Below are positions 1-15,454 of a stretch of DNA of 64,000 bases, one piece after another. Numbering within the stretch: position 1 is the first letter of the stretch; each line of letters starts with the position of its first letter. Both the position numbers and the translations under genes were made by a program. Source of the DNA: Eledone cirrhosa (Eukaryota); the NCBI GenBank assembly GCA_964016885.1, contig OZ024746.1:48422001-48486000 (forward strand), in the 5' to 3' direction. A model generated the notes under the pieces. The model had not been told where the DNA came from. It saw only the letters and a program-made list of their open reading frames with translations, and made no database searches.

Positions 1-783
1 TTCACTTTTTCGGTCCCATTAAGGGCAGTGGGTGACACAGCCCCTCCCACTAATTGTTGCAGTTTTTTTTTTAAAGTAATATCCTGAAATACTTTCTTCA
101 CTTTGCTAACTATACTTCTCAAAACTAGAATATAAAACAGAAAAATATTTTAAAACATATAAACCAAAGGTTAACGAAAGAAATTGATAAACAAATTCTC
201 TAGGGAATCAGTGTCCAACCAGAATATTGTGAGGTCCCACTGAACACCAAAGCCTGGTGACTGACGAGACTGGATTGAGAAATCTTCAAACTTACTATGA
301 ACTAATTACAAACTCTTTCTCTGCGGTTTGACTCATACCACGTCACTTTTCTCTTTGTAACACTAAACTGACGATTAATTATATCTTTCAAGCTAGCATA
401 AAGAACCAAACCGACCACAGTATTTGACTGGTACTTTATTTTATCAACCAGAAAAGGATGAGAAGCAAAGTTGAGCACGGTGGTTTTTAACTCAGAAAAT
501 AATTTTTTTCTACTTCTAGCACGCGGCCAGCAATTACCTCAGTGCTTTACTAGTGCATAATTTTATCAACCTCGTAAGGATGAAAGGCAAAGTTAACATC
601 GGCGGTATTTGAACTCGGAAAGTAAAGCGCCACCCCTCCATGCTGCAAAACAGCAGGAAAAATTATACTAAGCATTTGTACGGGGCACTAATGTTTCTGC
701 CAATAAACCGTCTGCTCGTGTAAAAAATCTAATTGATAAAACTATACGATTTACAAGGTTAGTTTGATAATACGCTAATGCAA

Positions 784-856
784 GCCGAAATAGCTCAGTT
801 GGGAGAGCGTTAGACTGAAGATCTAAAGGTCCCTTGTTCAATCCCGGATTTCGGCA
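784..856 (+). tRNA. tRNA-Phe(GAA), possibly impaired by two T-stem mismatches
   Basis: GCCGAAATAGCTCAGTTGGGAGAGCGTTAGACTGAAGATCTAAAGGTC...TTTCGGCA matches the metazoan tRNA-Phe. The T arm CCTTG/CCGGA has two mismatches. A T-run Pol III terminator lies about 20 nt downstream. Confidence 0.85.
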
Positions 857-929
857 TCCGATGGCTGGCCCGAATCTTTTATTTTACTTTTTTTCTCTAT
901 AGAAAAATATAGTTTTCAATTTTTAATAT

Positions 930-1270
930 TAATGTTTTTTTAGTCCCCAAAAACTCCTTCCAACGTGTTGTGTCAGAGGCAAACGTCTCCAACTGACCGG
1001 CTGGATACCCAAGCAAAACCAGCCAAGCTCATGGATGTTATCTAACCATCTTGCTCGGGGTCTACATCTCGCTCTCTTTGCCCGTAAAATCTGTCCAGCG
1101 GTTCTTTCTTTTGACATTTTAACCACATGTCTGTAATATGGGAGCTGTGATCTCTCAATACGGAGAAGTAGCGGGTCTACTGGAGTGACTGTCTGATCTC
1201 ATAGCTACGCACTCTATCGAGTAACATTACACGAAAGACCCTTCGAAGGAACCACATTTCGGCCGTTTGT
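930..1270 (-). mobile_element. RTE-clade (Expander/Rex3-like) LINE 3' fragment; further copies at about 2040-2380 and 2470-2670
   Basis: The second copy translates as RSLEIRQSLQVEPLLLHIERSQ..RHVVKMSKER..., typical of the RTE C-terminus. It is duplicated together with the tRNA. Confidence 0.7.
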
Positions 1271-1890
1271 TTTTTTTACTATTCTTTTGGCGATACGCCT
1301 ATTAAACTATTGCTATCAATGTTTTTTTTTTGTTCAACTTACATCAGAATCAACCCAGCTTCAATGCATAGGTCCACCTATTCCATCTCGTTAACACTGG
1401 ATTCGGGCCCATCACCAAGAAAAGGCGCTGGGTAGCATTGTTCTCACCCGCCTAACCTTTTAATGGTTCACTCTGAGAATTAGAAAATAGAGTTAAAAAA
1501 CAACAACGTCTTCAATACATTCCTTGAATACTTGACTTTACCAACTATTATTCTCAAAACTAGAACATTGAAAATATTCAAAAAATACACAAATAAAAAG
1601 TTAACGAAAGAAGCGAGTGAAAAAAATCCCTTTGTGGATCAGTGTACACCCAGAATATTCTTAAACCCTTTTCCTTATATATCTGTTTAAAATATCTTCC
1701 TGTTCTATCTTCTAGTTTTGAGAAGAATAGTTAGTAAAGTGAGCTATTAAGGCTGAATGTAAAGTTGATGAAAAGATCCCAAAAATACTGCACCCATTTA
1801 ACTTTGTTAATCCAGCGCCTGCTACTGTAAATAAAACAATTGATAAAACAAATTAACTGACAAGGATAGTTTCATGAAAAAATTCTATCA

Positions 1891-1963
1891 GCCGAAATAG
1901 CTCAGTTGGGAGAGCGTAAGACTGAAAATCTAAAGGTCCCTGTTTCAATCCCGGGTTTCGGCA
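1891..1963 (+). pseudogene. tRNA-Phe(GAA) duplicate, degenerate
   Basis: Same sequence as 784-856 but with an anticodon-stem mismatch (TAAGA/TCTAA), G37A and G53T in the B box. Confidence 0.75.
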
Positions 1964-3816
1964 TCCGATGGCTGATCTGAATCTTTTGCTTTACTTTTTT
2001 TCCTCTATAGAAAAATATAGTTTTCAATTTTTAATATTAATGTTTTTTTAGTCCCCAAACACTCCTTCCAACCGATGTAATCAGAAACAACCGTCTCCAA
2101 CTGACCGGCTGGATACCCAAGCAAAACCAGCCAAGCTCTTGGATGTTATCTAACGCTTTTGCTCGGGTCCACATCTCGCTCTCTTTGCCCGTAAAATCTG
2201 TCCAGCGGTTCTTTCTTTTGACATTTTAACTACATGTCTGTAATATAGGAACTGTGATCTCTCAATATGGAGAAGTAGCGGCTCTACCTGGAGTGACTGT
2301 CTGATCTCTAAGCTACGCACTTTATCGTGTAACATTACGAAAGACCCTTCGAAGGAACCACATTTCGGCCGCTTGTTTTTTTGACTATTCTTTTGGCGAT
2401 ACGCCTAATAAATTATTACTATCAATGTTTTAATTATTGTTCAACTTACATTCAACTTTATTATATATTAATGTTTTTTTAGTCCCTAAACACTCCTTCC
2501 AACGGGTGCTGTCAGAAGCAACCGTCTCCAACTGACCGGCTGGATTCCCAAGCAAAACCTCATGGATTTTATTTAACCCTCTTCCTCGGGGTCTACACCT
2601 GGCTCTTCGACTTTATGTTTTGCCCGTAAAATCAGTCCAGCGATTCTTTCCTTTGACATTTTAACCACATTACCTCAACTGAGGTCAACTTCGTCTCTCA
2701 TTCTCTTTTGATCCGAAACGACAAGATCGAAGACTTCATTCGCTTACCGAGTGAGGTGGAATTGATGTCGCAATTCCTGGCAGAAGGAACAACTTGAAAC
2801 ATAGTGTCTTGTTCAAGGATATAAACACCGCCCGGCCTGGTAATCGAAGGCACAACCTCCTGATTATGAATCCAACTCTCTAACCATTAAGTATCAGTCA
2901 AGTACTAATTCAATTTCACTTCCTCTCTCGAAATCGGCGATGCTGTGTTCCGGAAAGCGCCATGTGAGACCATTCACAGCGTCCCTTTCTCTAGAAATGG
3001 AGAAGGGTTCAGTGAGGAGTTAGCAACCTCTTCTCTTGAAAAAAAGAAAAACTGATATGTAATTGAAACTGTCTAAAGACGGCTCTATGTATAGCTCAGC
3101 ATGGAACGGTAATAATAAACCGATAGAAGTAATATTGAGGCTTACGACCTTCAACATAATAAATTATATATTATTCAAACCAAGAACAGTCAAATCAATG
3201 CATACTCTCTTAGAATGTTACAAGGCTTGAAATACATAATTCCTTCTATTATAATTCCATTGACGTCTTGGATGCGTTATAGGAATATAAATAAGTTGAT
3301 CTCACTATATGTATGGCACTTCAGAATGATAAAATGTAAAGTCGAGGTCGCTAGGATTTGAAATCCGAACGTAATTCTTCTTTAGGTCTTTTGTCCCACG
3401 TTCTAACGTGTTAGTCAATCCATAGCTCTCGTCTTCACTGAATGAATCAATTAATATACTACATTAGAGTGTTATTCGTCACATTACAGGTAATGTAGGC
3501 AATACACCTTTGTCTCAATGGGTAATATCAGGTAATGTTACATTCGTACAATTAGTATAATTATTCTATTATTCAAATTTCATAATGAAATGAATACTAA
3601 TTTTCAAAATAAAATTATTTATTAAATTAATATAAGATTAAATAAAAACGAATTCCTCATTTGTATGTTTGCAATAAATATGTTAGCAAAAACAATTATT
3701 CTGTTTAACTATTAATTAATTATAAGTGTAGTCTCTATATAAAGTAGTGCTACACTTTGAGTATGATTTCATATATATATATATATATCAATATACAATC
3801 CTATGTATGTAGCTAC

Positions 3817-3856
<40 letters not shown>

Positions 3857-4395
3857 AATTAATATATCTAGTAACATATATATACATACAGATGCATATC
3901 AATGGTAGCAAATATATAGGTTTTGTCTTAGTAACTTTGTGGTTCAATGCATGGGGTTGCAGAACAATAATATGAGAGACATGTTACTAGATATATTAAT
4001 TCTTTATAATTATCTCCAAATTATTTGTCGAGAAATATTGGCCAAGACTGCTGCTATGGTAGCAGGCAGGCCGTTGTCTTCTTAACAAACCACTTTCTAC
4101 TGATTGACCTCGATGTCACGTGATTGATTCTTTTTGAATTTGCCACCGACGCAGTAGGCAGTGATTTTTTCAATGGCTAGGAATTCAGTCCACGCTTTGC
4201 TATTTTCTATCCACTGAATTATTTTTGTATAAGTTTTCAGAGTCCACGCTTTGCCTGGATACTTAGCTGAGAATAGACTTCCCTGACGACGAAATGATTC
4301 TCTATATTTTCTTCGGAAAGTATATTTATTCCATTTCAGAAACTAATTAGTTGGGAGTGAAATTTTAGTAAGTAAGTTAATTTTCTTATTTTACG

Positions 4396-4538
<143 letters not shown>

Positions 4539-4569
4539 GTGTGTGTGTTTGAACAATAAAAACAGAGGT

Positions 4570-4835
4570 CATGTGTAGGTAGCGAGTTAGTGCATTGTTT
4601 ACGGTCGTTTCAGAGGGTCGGTTGAACGGTGGAGATCAATGTATTGACCAGCTTGGTAGTGGTTAGGTTACTACCAGTCTCGATGTTCCTGTTCAATCGG
4701 CCGTCCTCCTCGAAAACATTCAGCCTCATAAAGTTTCTTGCTCAAGATCACAACGCATCACCTGGTCTGAGAATCGAACTCACAACATTTCAATTGCAAG
4801 CCCAATGCTCGAACCACTAAGCCACACGCCTTCAC
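4570..4835 (-). mobile_element. tRNA-derived CORE-type SINE; relatives at about 2760-2890(-), 33700-34010(+), 44555-44865(+), 50889-51175(+), 61080-61302(-)
   Basis: A box TGGCTTAGTGG, B box GTTCGATTC and a CORE-like TTGTG(T/A)TCTTGAGCAAG motif. Confidence 0.75.
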
Positions 4836-5131
4836 TTTCTACTAACAAACGCTCATACTGTCTTTAAAACTGAGAAGCTTATTTAGTGATGTAGTACACG
4901 ACACATGATGATGTTTAAAAAGAAAAGGGTTGAGACATTTGGGACTGGAAGGCTTTTGAATTTAAGTATGCATAACTTCATGAGAAAGTACACCACTGAA
5001 AGGAACACCTCTAATTCAGAAATGCAAATCAGTGAGGATCTTTTATTGTATTATGCACAATTTCAGAGCTTTAAGGGCTGGTAACAGTAAACTTAGGATA
5101 CTGATTAGAAAGAAGGAAATTGACACCACAT

Positions 5132-5612
<481 letters not shown>

Positions 5613-6589
5613 GGACAAGAAAGAGATGGTATTCGAAATGAAGAAGACAGTAAGAGAGGGAGAGAGAAAAAAAAAGAGAGAAAAAAAAAGAGAATAATAT
5701 AAAAGTAGGTGTGCTGAAAATAATAGTGCATTTGGTGCACTCAAAGTGTTGTCTCCCAGCTAATCTCGCTAAATTTATACCGTATCATTTGTGTACCTAT
5801 TGATTGGCTTACATACACAAATATCGACTCACTTATTAATGCGAGCCAAACGAGAGGAACGTCTCTTACAATTCAACACGACATGCTAGAAATAGCAGCA
5901 TTAATCTCGACTAGTCACGCCTTTATGTTTTTAATAAAGAAAACAAAGGACACAATGGATACTGTAAGTCTTAGTTATATAGACATACTAGATGGTTATG
6001 GCTGGCAAGCATTTCACTATAGCCCTGCTGGACCATACATCATTATCATCATCACCAACAACAACAGCAACAACAACAACAACAGCAACAACAACAACAA
6101 CAACTTACTTCTACAATATTTTCTGTCATAATGAAAATAATCATGTACACACACACACACATATGTGTGTATATATATACACATATGTGTATATATATAT
6201 ACACATATGTGTATATATATATATACACAGACAGGTTTATATACATGTATGTATAATTATATACATGTAGGTACTCACACATATAATTCTTCCCTGATGA
6301 AAAAATAATTCTTCCAATAATGACTGTTCCAATTATGTGAACTAATTAATAGTGCTTGTTTGTTTTTTATTCTAGAAACCATATTATGGAGACGATTAAA
6401 TGAGTTAGACTGAGGTATGTTTTGTCGGTCTGATTTATTTCCCCAAATTGAAATTTTGGCATCAGTTTAATATGTTAAATTACACTCTCTGACTTACCTA
6501 ATTCATGTGTGTATTCTATCCATTGATTAAGATGTCTAAGTATTAGATAAAAATAATTTTTAATTTATATATATATATATATACAGTAT

Positions 6590-6692
<103 letters not shown>

Positions 6693-6950
6693 GATATAGA
6701 AGGAAACTCAAAAGGAGAATCTCTTTTAACTTAAGTGACTACACAATGAAGTGAAACTGTATATATCGAAATTATCTGCGCTCTCCTGCAAATACTTATT
6801 TCATTGGAAATAAATAATTTCGAAAAATCTTATTTTTTTCATCTCTACCTTTAGTTCAAACACACACACAGAGACAGACACACACAGACACACAGACAGA
6901 CACACACACACACATACAGACACAGACACAGACACACAGACACACACACA

Positions 6951-7076
<126 letters not shown>

Positions 7077-7375
7077 TGTATATATATCTACATCTATCTA
7101 TATATATATGTATATACGTAACGGTTTTATCTTCGTTTCTGTGTTAGTCACGAACAAGATTTTCTCACTAAATATTTTAACTTCGTTCTCTCGTAAATGT
7201 TTTTTTGACTAAAACTTATCTAGATTGATTTTTTTTCTCTAATCGAACATCAAAGTACGAATTTTTCATGATATTCTGAGATAGTATTTAAAAGCTATTT
7301 CTGAAATATTTATGATACTAAAAGAATATTATCAAAATATGAAAATATTAAATATTTAAACACCATCTTGTGTGC

Positions 7376-7904
7376 TGTAGGGATTTGTAGCGATACTTAC
7401 TATGGAAGTTCAAACAGAGACTAAATTTATCTTATGTAGGGATTTGTAGCGATACTTCCTATGGAAGTTCAAACAGAGACTAAATTTATCTTATGTAGGG
7501 ATTTGTAGCGATACTTCCTATGGAAGTTCAAACAGAGACTAAATTTATCTTATGTAGGGATTTGTAGCGATACTTCCTATGGAAGTTCAAGCAGAGACTA
7601 AATTTATCTTATGTAGGGATTTGTAGCGATACTTACTATGGAAGTTCAAATAGAGACTAAATATATTATGTAGGGATTTGTAGCGATACTTACTATGGAA
7701 GTCCAAACAGAGACTAAATTTATCTTATGTAGGGATTTGTAGCGATACTTACTATGGAAGTCCAAACAGAGACTAAATTTATCTTATGTAGGGATTTGTA
7801 GCGATACTTACTATGGAAGTCCAAACAGAGACTAAATTTATCTTATGTAGGGATTTGTAGCGATACTTACTATGGAAGTTCAAACAGACTAAATTCATCT
7901 TATG
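7376..7904. repeat. 59-bp minisatellite, about 9 copies
   Basis: Unit TGTAGGGATTTGTAGCGATACTTACTATGGAAGTTCAAACAGAGACTAAATTTATCTTA, head to tail with no spacers. Confidence 0.95.
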
Positions 7905-8004
7905 CATTTTGTTGATAAAACATACGAAAAAAAAAATCTTTTTCGAAAATGATAATTATGAAAAATATTTCACCCCTAATTATTATAATACTAATTTTGT
8001 CTAG

Positions 8005-8430
8005 CAGAGTCGGTGAATTGGCAGAATTAATACAGCGTCGGATAAAATGTCATTCCAATAGTTACTCCGAATCTTTATATTCTGAGTTCAAATACTGCCG
8101 AGGTTAACTTTGCCTTTCATCCTACCGGGGTTGATAAAACAAAGACCCAGTCAAACACTGGGGTAAAATTTGCTGGCCTTGTGTCTGAATTAGAAATCAT
8201 TATTTTTGTTTAGGGCGGTGTATTGGCAGAATCGGCAGAGCGTCGGATAACATGCTTAGTGGTATAGAGTTACGGCCCTTTATGTTTTGAGTTCAAATCC
8301 CGCCGAGGTTAGCTTTGTCTTTCATCCTACCAGGGTTGATAAATAAAGTATCATTCATATACTGGGGTAAATTTTACCGATTTTCCACTCCCCAAAATTT
8401 TCTGGCCCTGTTTCTGAATTAAGAAATCAT
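8005..8430 (+). mobile_element. Two tandem tRNA-derived SINEs with a Nin/Deu-like central domain
   Basis: TGGCAGAAT A box, GAGTTCAAATC B box and GCCTTTCATCCT..GGGGTTGATAAA domain. Confidence 0.8.
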
Positions 8431-8952
8431 TATTTTTGTTTAGTAACTATATGTGGAGAGAGTTAGAGTATGTATGTATGGTCCCGTAACTCCTGATAGA
8501 GTCGTAGGGGCGCCGTATTGACACTTGGTGTTTCTTGGGCACTTTAAGCCTGACGGAGCCCATCCCTCTTCAGGCCCGAGTACAGCAGATTTCTTCCAGA
8601 AAGTGAGAGAGAGGAAATAAGAAAGAGATATAGAGGAAGAATCTATCCCAGTACCAGACTGGTACTTTTTTTTATCAACCTCGAGAGGATGAAAGGCAAA
8701 GTTGTCCTCGGCGGAATTTGAACTCAAAGAACAGAGAGCCGGAACGAATACCAAAAAGCATTCTATCCAACGTTCTAACGATTCTGCCAATTCGCCGCTT
8801 GACAGTTATAGTATTTATTGACACATTTTTTCTTTACTATTTCTTTCCTACTATTTTCACATGATCTTTCGAACATGGAAATGCACTCTAAATATATATT
8901 CGAGGGTGCTGTAATTGTTGGCAGCAGAAAAAAAACTATTCTATTATATAAT

Positions 8953-9137
8953 TATTTCTACTTTTGGCACAAGGCCAGCAATTATCCCTGTGCATTACTG
9001 GTACTTTATTTTATTGACCCCGTAAAGATGAAAGGCAAAGTTAACCTCGGCGGGATTTGAACTCAGACCATAAAGGACCGTACTTTGCTGCAAGGCATGG
9101 CGTCCGACGCTCTACTGATACTGCCAATCCACCGCCC
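8953..9137 (-). mobile_element. Nin/Deu-like SINE with a 17-bp TSD; family also at about 510-700, 8640-8800, 12621-12795, 26760-27082, 53070-53250
   Basis: CTATTCTATTATATAAT is duplicated at 8936-8952 and 9137-9153; body matches the 34151 copy. Confidence 0.85.
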
Positions 9138-9726
9138 TATTCTATTATATAATAGAGGTGGATGCTTTTGTGATATTTATCGTGTATTTAATGACAAGTT
9201 ATGGAAGTGCAAAGTACTTATTAATGCCCTAGTTTAGCTTTAGCACACTAAAAATTGACTGTTTCACCACACGATAATGAGCCCTCATTTAATAAATTAT
9301 ATCAATTTATGTAGGTATGTATCTATCTACACACACACACATATATATATATGCTTGCAGGATATTCGTAGATAAATAGCCAAAGAAAACAATGCTCAAT
9401 CTATTGCAAGGGAGCTTATTTAGTATAATTGAAATTTTTATACACTTAACATGTATGCCCGACCTTAGGTTTCGGGGTATAATGAAAGAATGAAACACTG
9501 ATAAGCTATACAGTAGGGTTTATTCCAAGTATTAATTCAGTATAGCTTACCCGTATTATTCTTCATTCTTTCATTATTAATACTCGAGGAACTACTTACC
9601 TAGAACTGTCCGAAACCGGCCATCCGAACGTCACAACTAGTCAAACAACGACGTTAAAATCCTCCACGATATAGATTACTCGTAACCTCTACTTGAATTA
9701 CCTTAAACGATACCTCGTTCACTGCA

Positions 9727-10054
<328 letters not shown>

Positions 10055-10065
10055 ATATATAGAGA

Positions 10066-10380
10066 GAATTCACAAGAATCAAAGTTATGTTCAAAGCATT
10101 TATTCACTTACAATTGTTTCATCCAAACCTAGGCCTGGGTTCGTCGGAACATTTTTCAATTTTTGTACACATAATTGACCCCCTTTCCAACGCAAGAGGC
10201 ATACAGATACATATATATTGATGTACAGTGGAGTGACATATATTATACTATACTATTTTTGTACAGCAATTCAAATTCAAAATCAAAATCAAAATCAAAA
10301 TTAAAATCAAAATCAAAATTAAAATACATTCGGCAGATAACACAGATAATGCAAGAGGATAGTTTGATAGTCAGGTCTAG
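10066..10380 (-). mobile_element. PLE-type pLTR fragment with a hammerhead-like motif; same family at 60798-61061(+)
   Basis: CCGANGA-stem II-GAAA-CAATTG-TA followed by AATAAA in both copies; (TA)n flanks. Confidence 0.6.
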
Positions 10381-11738
10381 TATATATATAAATATTGCAA
10401 CTCAAAGACAAAAGTTTCTCTTCAGAACCACAACCTACTTCAGCTCTTTTTAATTACTGTGTTTCTACAAAGTACAAAATTCACAGAGGAGTACTGCTCC
10501 TATATTTCGAACAGTTGTACTGTTAAACACACACGCATACACACGTTATAGCTCACGTCCGGGTAGTGGCCATACCGACAGATTGGCAAATTCTTACTCA
10601 CCAGTATACGATAACTGCTAGTTCACACACTCTCTGTCTCTTTCCTCTGTAGTATAGTCTATCCCTATGTAAACGGTCTCTGCTCCTTTGAACTAGTTAC
10701 TTACATACTGCTCTCTATCAGACATACCAACCTCTTCTCCCAACTTCTTGTTCATTGTATCTCACCATCCAGGCTCTGCACAAATCCTTACACCAAAACC
10801 TTGCTTCAGTGTTAACCTTCTGGATCAATCTCCATCAACAATTGTCCTGCAGATGCCAGATAACAGATATCAAAGTTGAACATAAATCTTATCAAGTTCA
10901 CCAAGTGTCCTTGTAGCGTGTGGTTCTGAAAAGTTCCTGTGTGCAATCGCATCTCCTGACTTAGCAGATAGAGGTTCCGTTAAGAGATGTCAGATTCTTC
11001 GTCTCACCAAGGCATATGAAATATTCAAAAACTCAAGAAATTATTTATTGCTAACATAGACCTCCCCAAGATTTCTTGGTCTCTGTTTTTTTTACGAAAA
11101 AAATGAGGCAATTACCACTTATTTAAAATTACATTAAGAAGCAACAGAAGTCCAGTTTTAAGCCAATCTTGTTCCTAAACAACCCCCTAAACAAAAACAA
11201 AAAACAAAAAAAACAAAAAAAAAACAACAAAGCACAAATTAAAATAAAAATGTTGATAAGATAATATTAATAATTAATTAATTGCTGTTTTTTTTATTTC
11301 CTGGTTTATTTTTTTATTTTCCTATTGACTAGAAACAGCCAGCTTTAGAGCATCTGGGATTTAATGCTTTCATCACTTGGCCGTTGAATGCAGTGAGGAG
11401 GTGGAAGTAGATAAGTTAAAAGGCGGCTTCTCTTTTGGTTTCAGCTTTTGGGATTAATGTAGACTTGCGTTATCTCTAAAGATAGACATGTAACCTTTGT
11501 GTTATAATATACGAAAAACATATAATGAAATGGGGAATGTTATTCTGATAAGTAGATGGTGGTATTCCTGCAATGATTAGGAGATAAAAGAGAACTAGAA
11601 GAGAGAAAGATGGTAGAAAACGTCTATAAAATAAAAAAAAAGAAATTAAGTTATAAAATTCAAATTCAATAGCACATTACATAAACGTGTGTATGTTTGT
11701 ATAATACAAATATATTTTGTTCTATTATGATCGCGAAG

Positions 11739-11833
<95 letters not shown>

Positions 11834-11835
<2 letters not shown>

Positions 11836-12366
11836 AAATAAAGTTAAATAAAAGTCAAATGATTAAAATTTAGCTTCGTTTATTACTGCTATATATATTT
11901 CAGTGACAGCCATCTTTGGCTGTGACCTCTTCAGGCAGTTTGAATTAGTATGGTATAGACAAGTACATATGTTGTTTAGGTGTATAATATTGTCAATACT
12001 CTGATATGCCCAGTTCCTTGTTGGGTTGTTATTTCACTGAGGAACTGGAGTCATATGACTCCAGTTCCTCAGTGAAATAACAACCCAACAAGGAACTGGG
12101 CATATCAGAGTATTGACAATATTATACACCTAAACAACATATGTACTTGTCTATACCATACTAATTCAAACTGCCTGAAGAGGTCACAGCCAAAGATGGC
12201 TGTCACTGAAATATATATAGCAGTAATAAACGAAGCTAAATTTTAATCATTTGACTTTTATTTAACTTTATTTTACACTACTCCGGAGTAACCAAACCAA
12301 CCTGCGCACTTCGTCGAGTGCTCCAGCCTGCATACTGAGGTGTTGGTATACAACCAACATAAACTC

Positions 12367-12370
<4 letters not shown>
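11834..12370 (+). mobile_element. PLE-type mini-element: 442-bp perfect palindrome plus 95-nt tail
   Basis: Palindrome 11834-12275 centred at 12054/12055, between (TA)n and (TC)n(TA)n. Confidence 0.85.
12170..12224 (+). ncRNA. Type I hammerhead ribozyme; mirror copy on the minus strand at 11885-11939
   Basis: ACTGC-CTGAAGA-GGTCACAGCC aaagat GGCTGTCACT-GAAA-TATATA-TA-GCAGT: intact core with stems I, II and III. Confidence 0.85.
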
Positions 12371-12459
<89 letters not shown>

Positions 12460-13701
12460 TTGTGTGTGTGTTTGTGTGTGAGAGAGAGAGAGAGAATTTA
12501 TTGTTTGTATATACAAAATTCTGTTTGTGTATTATTGTTGTTGTTGCTGTTTAAGACTTGGTCAGCTCTGATGAAGAATACTCACGACTTGTGTTTATGT
12601 ACAAATACGTTCCATTATTAACGGTGGATTGGCAGTATCGGTAGAGGGTCGGACGCCATGCTTTCCAGCATAGTTACGTCCCTTTACGGTCTGAGTTCAA
12701 ATCCCGCCGAGGTTGACTTTGCTTTTCATCCTTATGGGGTCGATAAAATAAAGTACCAGTAATGCACTGGCCTTGTGCCTAAAGTAGAAACAATTATTAA
12801 AGCACGGAGTTTTCTCTGCAGAACGAACTGAAGAACGACTCGACTAGTTTTCCCCAGATAATTACCAGTGGATTAGGGGTGAGGGCCACTTTCCCAATTC
12901 TAAAGAGAGTGTCAGTAGTTTACAAAAGCGACATATGATTACGTGATAAATAAAAGCACTGCCTTTGGTAATTTGCATATTGTACATTCGTTGGCGTCAC
13001 GTATTAATTAACTAAATTACAAAGAAATACAAATTTTAAGAAGTGTACGCATAATAATAATATATGTGTACGCATAATAATAATATATTTAACATAACAA
13101 TGCAAATGAATCAGAGATTGCTCTAAGGTTAAACAACGAGGGTATGTTTGCGCTTCGAGGTGAAAGGTATGTTTATTAAATGACCACGTCATGTCATCTT
13201 GAGCAAATGTCGTTTAACATACCCTTGAGTCGACCAAAACTTGCAAGTGAAATTAAGCAAATGAAAATCTGTATGAAATTACTATGTAATTCAAAATCGC
13301 AGCATTGTCACATTGTGTTACGCTCATTCCACTTATGTAATATATTAACAGTACTCGTGTCTATGGAATAATCATCCACGGGTCGCGCGAATTCTCATTA
13401 GCTAATAGGTTTTAATCTTTCGAGTCCATTTCTAGAGAATTTCATCAACGCAACTCTTAGTCTATTCAATTTGTTGTTTTAACCATACGGAAAATCTGAG
13501 ACATTTCGTTATATCAAACAATTTCTCCCCAAACACACAGATACTTTTTCTTTCTACCTAGAGCGAAACTGATTAGTGCAAAATCTAATTAGACTACTTC
13601 TGAAACCCAACTATATTTAAAAAAAATATACATAATATATTTGTATGTAAACGTGCATTTAAATATTTACACATACACCAATTAAACAGAGTCACAGGTA
13701 T

Positions 13702-14196
13702 ATATGTGTTTTTGCAACTTTTCACGATGTGGCTCAATGGAGAATTAATAAATCAATCAGAGCGAAATACTATAGAGTAAAACATGTCCAGAGAATTATT
13801 TGATAATATATATACATCATCTCTACTCCCAATCAGCATAAAAAAATCAATTAGACCAGGCTATAAGAATAAAAGGCATCTATGAAGAAACAGTAAATAA
13901 ATACGCTATCGTGGCGTCTTCGCGTGCAACCGCTATAGAATATTTACCCAACATTTCAACAGCACGTGGAAATTAATTAAATACACGGTCAACCATACAT
14001 AATTAGGTAAAAATTAATGTTAGAAATGCTTATATACCTACCAGGACTAAATCACTAAATCCCGACCCTTTGGTTTCGCTCACTTTTGAGATACCTTATT
14101 TAAGGTTCATACTCGAGTATTTCCCCTGAAGAGCTCTAAAACTCGAGTATGAATATATTATCAAATAATTCTCTGGACATGTTTTACTCTATAGTA
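13702..14196 (-). mobile_element. PLE-type mini-element related to the 22.7 and 28.2 kb copies; hammerhead split by the inversion junction
   Basis: Shared tail and body. Minus strand GAGC-GAAA-CCAAAGG-GTC-GGGA at 14060-14081; plus strand TCCC-CTGAAGA-GCTC at 14122-14136. Confidence 0.75.
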
Positions 14197-14322
14197 TATA
14201 TATATATATATATATTTATTAAAATAACAGATTAAATATTTGCTCTACGGTTCTTATATATTTGATATATATTTATCCTTATCGAGCCCTCTTTGGATTT
14301 TAGTCTTCAAATTTATTATTAT

Positions 14323-14399
<77 letters not shown>

Positions 14400-14400
<1 letters not shown>

Positions 14401-14522
14401 CCGGTGTTTGCATAGCCACGGCTTTCTAAATGTTTATTTATAAACATACCGCATTTCTTTAGATATAAGAAATTCCAATACATATCTGTATACAGCTATG
14501 CTCGAAGCTAAATTCTAATTAC
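14400..14522. repeat. Unclassified microsatellite-embedded repeat; inverted homolog at about 37027-37142
   Basis: About 115 bp of clear reverse-complement similarity (AATTAGRATTTAGCTTCRAGCATAGCTGTATACAGATAT...). Confidence 0.65.
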
Positions 14523-14607
<85 letters not shown>

Positions 14608-14653
14608 TGTCCCTCTCTCTCTCTGTCTGTCTGTCTCTCTGTCTCTGTGTGTG

Positions 14654-15454
<801 letters not shown>

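Noticed and set aside
7376-7904. CRISPR-like array
   Set aside because: Units are contiguous with no unique spacers, the context is eukaryotic and there are no cas genes.
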